Position numbers and translations under genes: made by a program
Assembly (NCBI RefSeq): GCF_963921235.1
Contig: NC_086097.1
Coordinates: 132,620,001 to 132,684,000 of the forward strand
DNA from: Mobula hypostoma
Lineage: Eukaryota
Reading direction: 5' to 3'
DNA length: 64,000 nucleotides
Part shown: piece after piece, positions 61,521 to 64,000 of the stretch
Layout: each line of letters opens with the position of its first letter
Numbering within the stretch: the first letter of the stretch is position 1
The notes under the pieces: model-generated
Seen by the model: the letters and a program-made list of their open reading frames with translations, nothing else
What the model was told of the DNA's origin: nothing
Databases searched by the model: none

Positions 61521-62595
61521 GCAAACAAGAGAAAATCTGCAGATGCTGGAAGTCCAAGCAACACACATGCAAAATGGTGCAGGGACTCAGCAGGCCAGGC
61601 AGCATCTATGCAGTAGAGTACAGTCGATGCTATGAGCTGAGACCCTTCAGCAGGACTGGAGCAAAAAGCTGAGGAGTAGATCTAAAAGGTCGCAGGGAGG
61701 GGAGAGAGAAACACAAGGTAATAGGTGAAACCTGAAAGCAGAGGGGTGTAGTAAGGGGCTGGGAAGTTGATTGGTGAAAGAGAATCAGAGCTGGAGAAGA
61801 GAGAGTCTGATAGAAGAGGACAAAAGGCCATGGAAGAAAGAAAAGGGGGGAGGAGGAGCACCAGAGGGAGGCAATGTGTGGTCAAGGAGATAAGGTGAGA
61901 GAGGGGAAAAGGGAATGGGGAATGGTGAAGGGGGGGCATTACCGGAGGTTCGAGAAATCCACGTTCATGCTATTAGTTTGGAGGCTACCCAAACGGAATA
62001 TAAGGTGTTGTTCCTTCAACCTAAATGTGACTTCATCACAACAGTGGAGGAGGGAATGGATAGACATATTGGAATGGGAATGGGAAGTGGAATTAAAATG
62101 GGTGGCCATCGGAGATCCCGCTTTTTCTGGCAGACGGAGCATAGGTGCTCGGCAAAGCGGTCTCCCAATCTACGTCAGATCTCTCCAATATACAGGAGGC
62201 CACACAAGGAACACCAGACACAGTATATGACCCCAACAGGCATGCAGGTGACGTGCCACTTCAGATGGAAGGGCTGTTTGGAGCCCTGAATGGTAGTGTA
62301 GGGGCAGGTGTAGCACTTGTTTTGCTTGAAGGGATAAGGGCCAGCAGGGAGATCAGTGGGGAGGGCCGAATGAACAAGGGAGTCGCATAGGGAGCAATCC
62401 CTGCAGAAAGCAGAAAGTGAGGGGGAGGGAAAGACGTGCTTGTTGGTGGGATCCTGTTGGAGATGGTGGACGTTTCAGAGAATTATGTGTTGGTTGCGAA
62501 GGCTGGTGGGGTGGTAGTTGAGGACAAGAGGAGCCCTATCCCTGGTAGGGTGGCAGGAGGATGGGGTGAGAGCAGATATGCGTGAAATGGAAGAG
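61521..62595 (-). mobile_element. Penelope-like element 3' part (GIY-YIG endonuclease remnant plus terminal repeat)
   Basis: Minus strand GVIYCVWCSLCGLLYIGEI*RRLGDRFAEHL and ATHFNSTSHSHSNMSIH...EQHLIFRLGSLQTNSMNVDFSN. Confidence 0.9.
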
Positions 62596-63354
62596 ATATA
62601 CACATAATCTGATAATTGGGATAAAAGTCACATAAACCACAGACAGAATTTTTCCCCAGATTACTTCACTCTCCTAACTTTTGCACCTTACACATGGCAA
62701 AGATTCATTTTACTTTCAACTCATAAACATTAATTAGTATATAACCTTATGACAAAATAGCACAGTTTCTATTGTATCACACAAAGAAAACCACTGACCC
62801 TGTAATTAGGGTGTGCAATGCGATGTAGCAAGGAGCAGGGAATTGTGAATCCTTAGCAGTGAGGATGGACCCAAGGTACAAAATTTTAAGTCTAAATTGG
62901 TATTGTGATGAAATTCAGTATACAAGTCAAAAACTTCTGAATGGCAAGGAATGAAAATAATCAAAGATGTTGGCTGGTCAGAAGAATGTAAGCAGTATTA
63001 TTAGATGGCCTTCTGGCCCCTTGAGCAACTCAAATGAGATAATGACTGATGATGTCCCTCCAGAAGAGTGCAGGAAAATGGGGTCAACAACAAGGGGACA
63101 AAGAATTAATCAACTGCAAGAAAAAATGTTTCACCCAAGGAATAGTAAAATGCATCTGCATGGATGTGGAAGGTGAAAACCTTCCCAACATTTAAGTACT
63201 ATCTGGAAGAGCACTTGAAGAGTGCAATTATGAACCAGGCATTGGAAAAAGGGATTAGAGTGAACAGTGCTTTCTCAAAGGGCTTTATGACCTCTGCTGT
63301 AAACCTTTTATGGCTCAGCATTCCTCACTCTCTGTCTCCCTTACTGGGCAACAA

Positions 63355-64000
63355 TCTTTATACTTTATACTTTATTGTCACCAAACAATTGATACTAGAA
63401 CATACAATCATCATCGCGATATTTGATTCTGTGCTTCCCGCTCCCTGGATTACAAATCGATAGTAAATATTAAAAATTTAAATTATAAATCATAAATAGA
63501 AAATAGAAAATGGAAAGTAAGGTAGTGCAAAAAAACCGAGATGCAAGTCCAGATATTTTGATTATCCTGGCAGCATTTATCCGACAGCATGCGGTGTAAA
63601 GTGAATCCAAGGACGAAAGATTGGTTTGTGTGATGTGCTGCGCCGTGTTCATGATCTTCTGCAGCTCCTTCCGGTCTTGGACAGGACAACTTCCATACCA
63701 GGTTGTGATGCACCCTAGAAGAATGCTTTCTACAGTGCATCTATAAAAATTAGTGAGGGTTTTAAGGGACAGGCCAAATTTCTTTAGTTTTCTCAGGAAG
63801 TAAAGGCGCTGGTGTGCCTTCTTAGCAGTGGACTCTGCTTGGTTGGACCAAGTCAGGTCATTTGTGATATTGACCCCGAGGAACTTAAAGCTTTTGACCT
63901 GTTCCACTTGTGCACCACCGATGTAAATTGGGTCGTGCAGTCTGCTACTCCTTCTGAAGTCAACAACCTTCGTCTTGCTGACATTGAGGGATAGGTTATT
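63355..64000 (-). mobile_element. Rex1/Babar-like LINE 3' part, runs off the window
   Basis: ORF 63470-63907 FKFLGVNITNDLTWS...KKAHQRLYFLRKL...FYRCTVESIL, with (TAAAGTA)n tail. Confidence 0.9.

Overview
Eukaryotic, AT-rich, repeat-dominated DNA. The repeat mix (several CR1 families, Rex1/Babar-like LINEs, V-domain SINEs, Penelope-like elements, Tc1) suggests a cartilaginous fish, probably a ray; this is inference. I can support no host protein-coding gene, tRNA or rRNA. Nearly all listed ORFs are transposon debris or chance frames, so this is an intron or intergenic tract. Main structures: (1) a full-length CR1 (20905-27113) inserted in a Penelope-derived repeat and carrying a solo LTR and a Tc1 derivative, which itself holds a non-autonomous retroposon; (2) Penelope-like fragments with minimal hammerhead-ribozyme motifs; (3) an old duplication of non-repeat DNA (about 3.27-5.0 kb vs 35.8-38.5 kb) with a much better conserved core; (4) a chimeric CR1 with two tandem endonuclease N-termini; (5) an R4/Dong-like element, a Harbinger MITE, a Gypsy 3' end and a second solo LTR. 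Family names come from recognising motifs by eye, not from database searches. Boundaries without a stated TSD are approximate.
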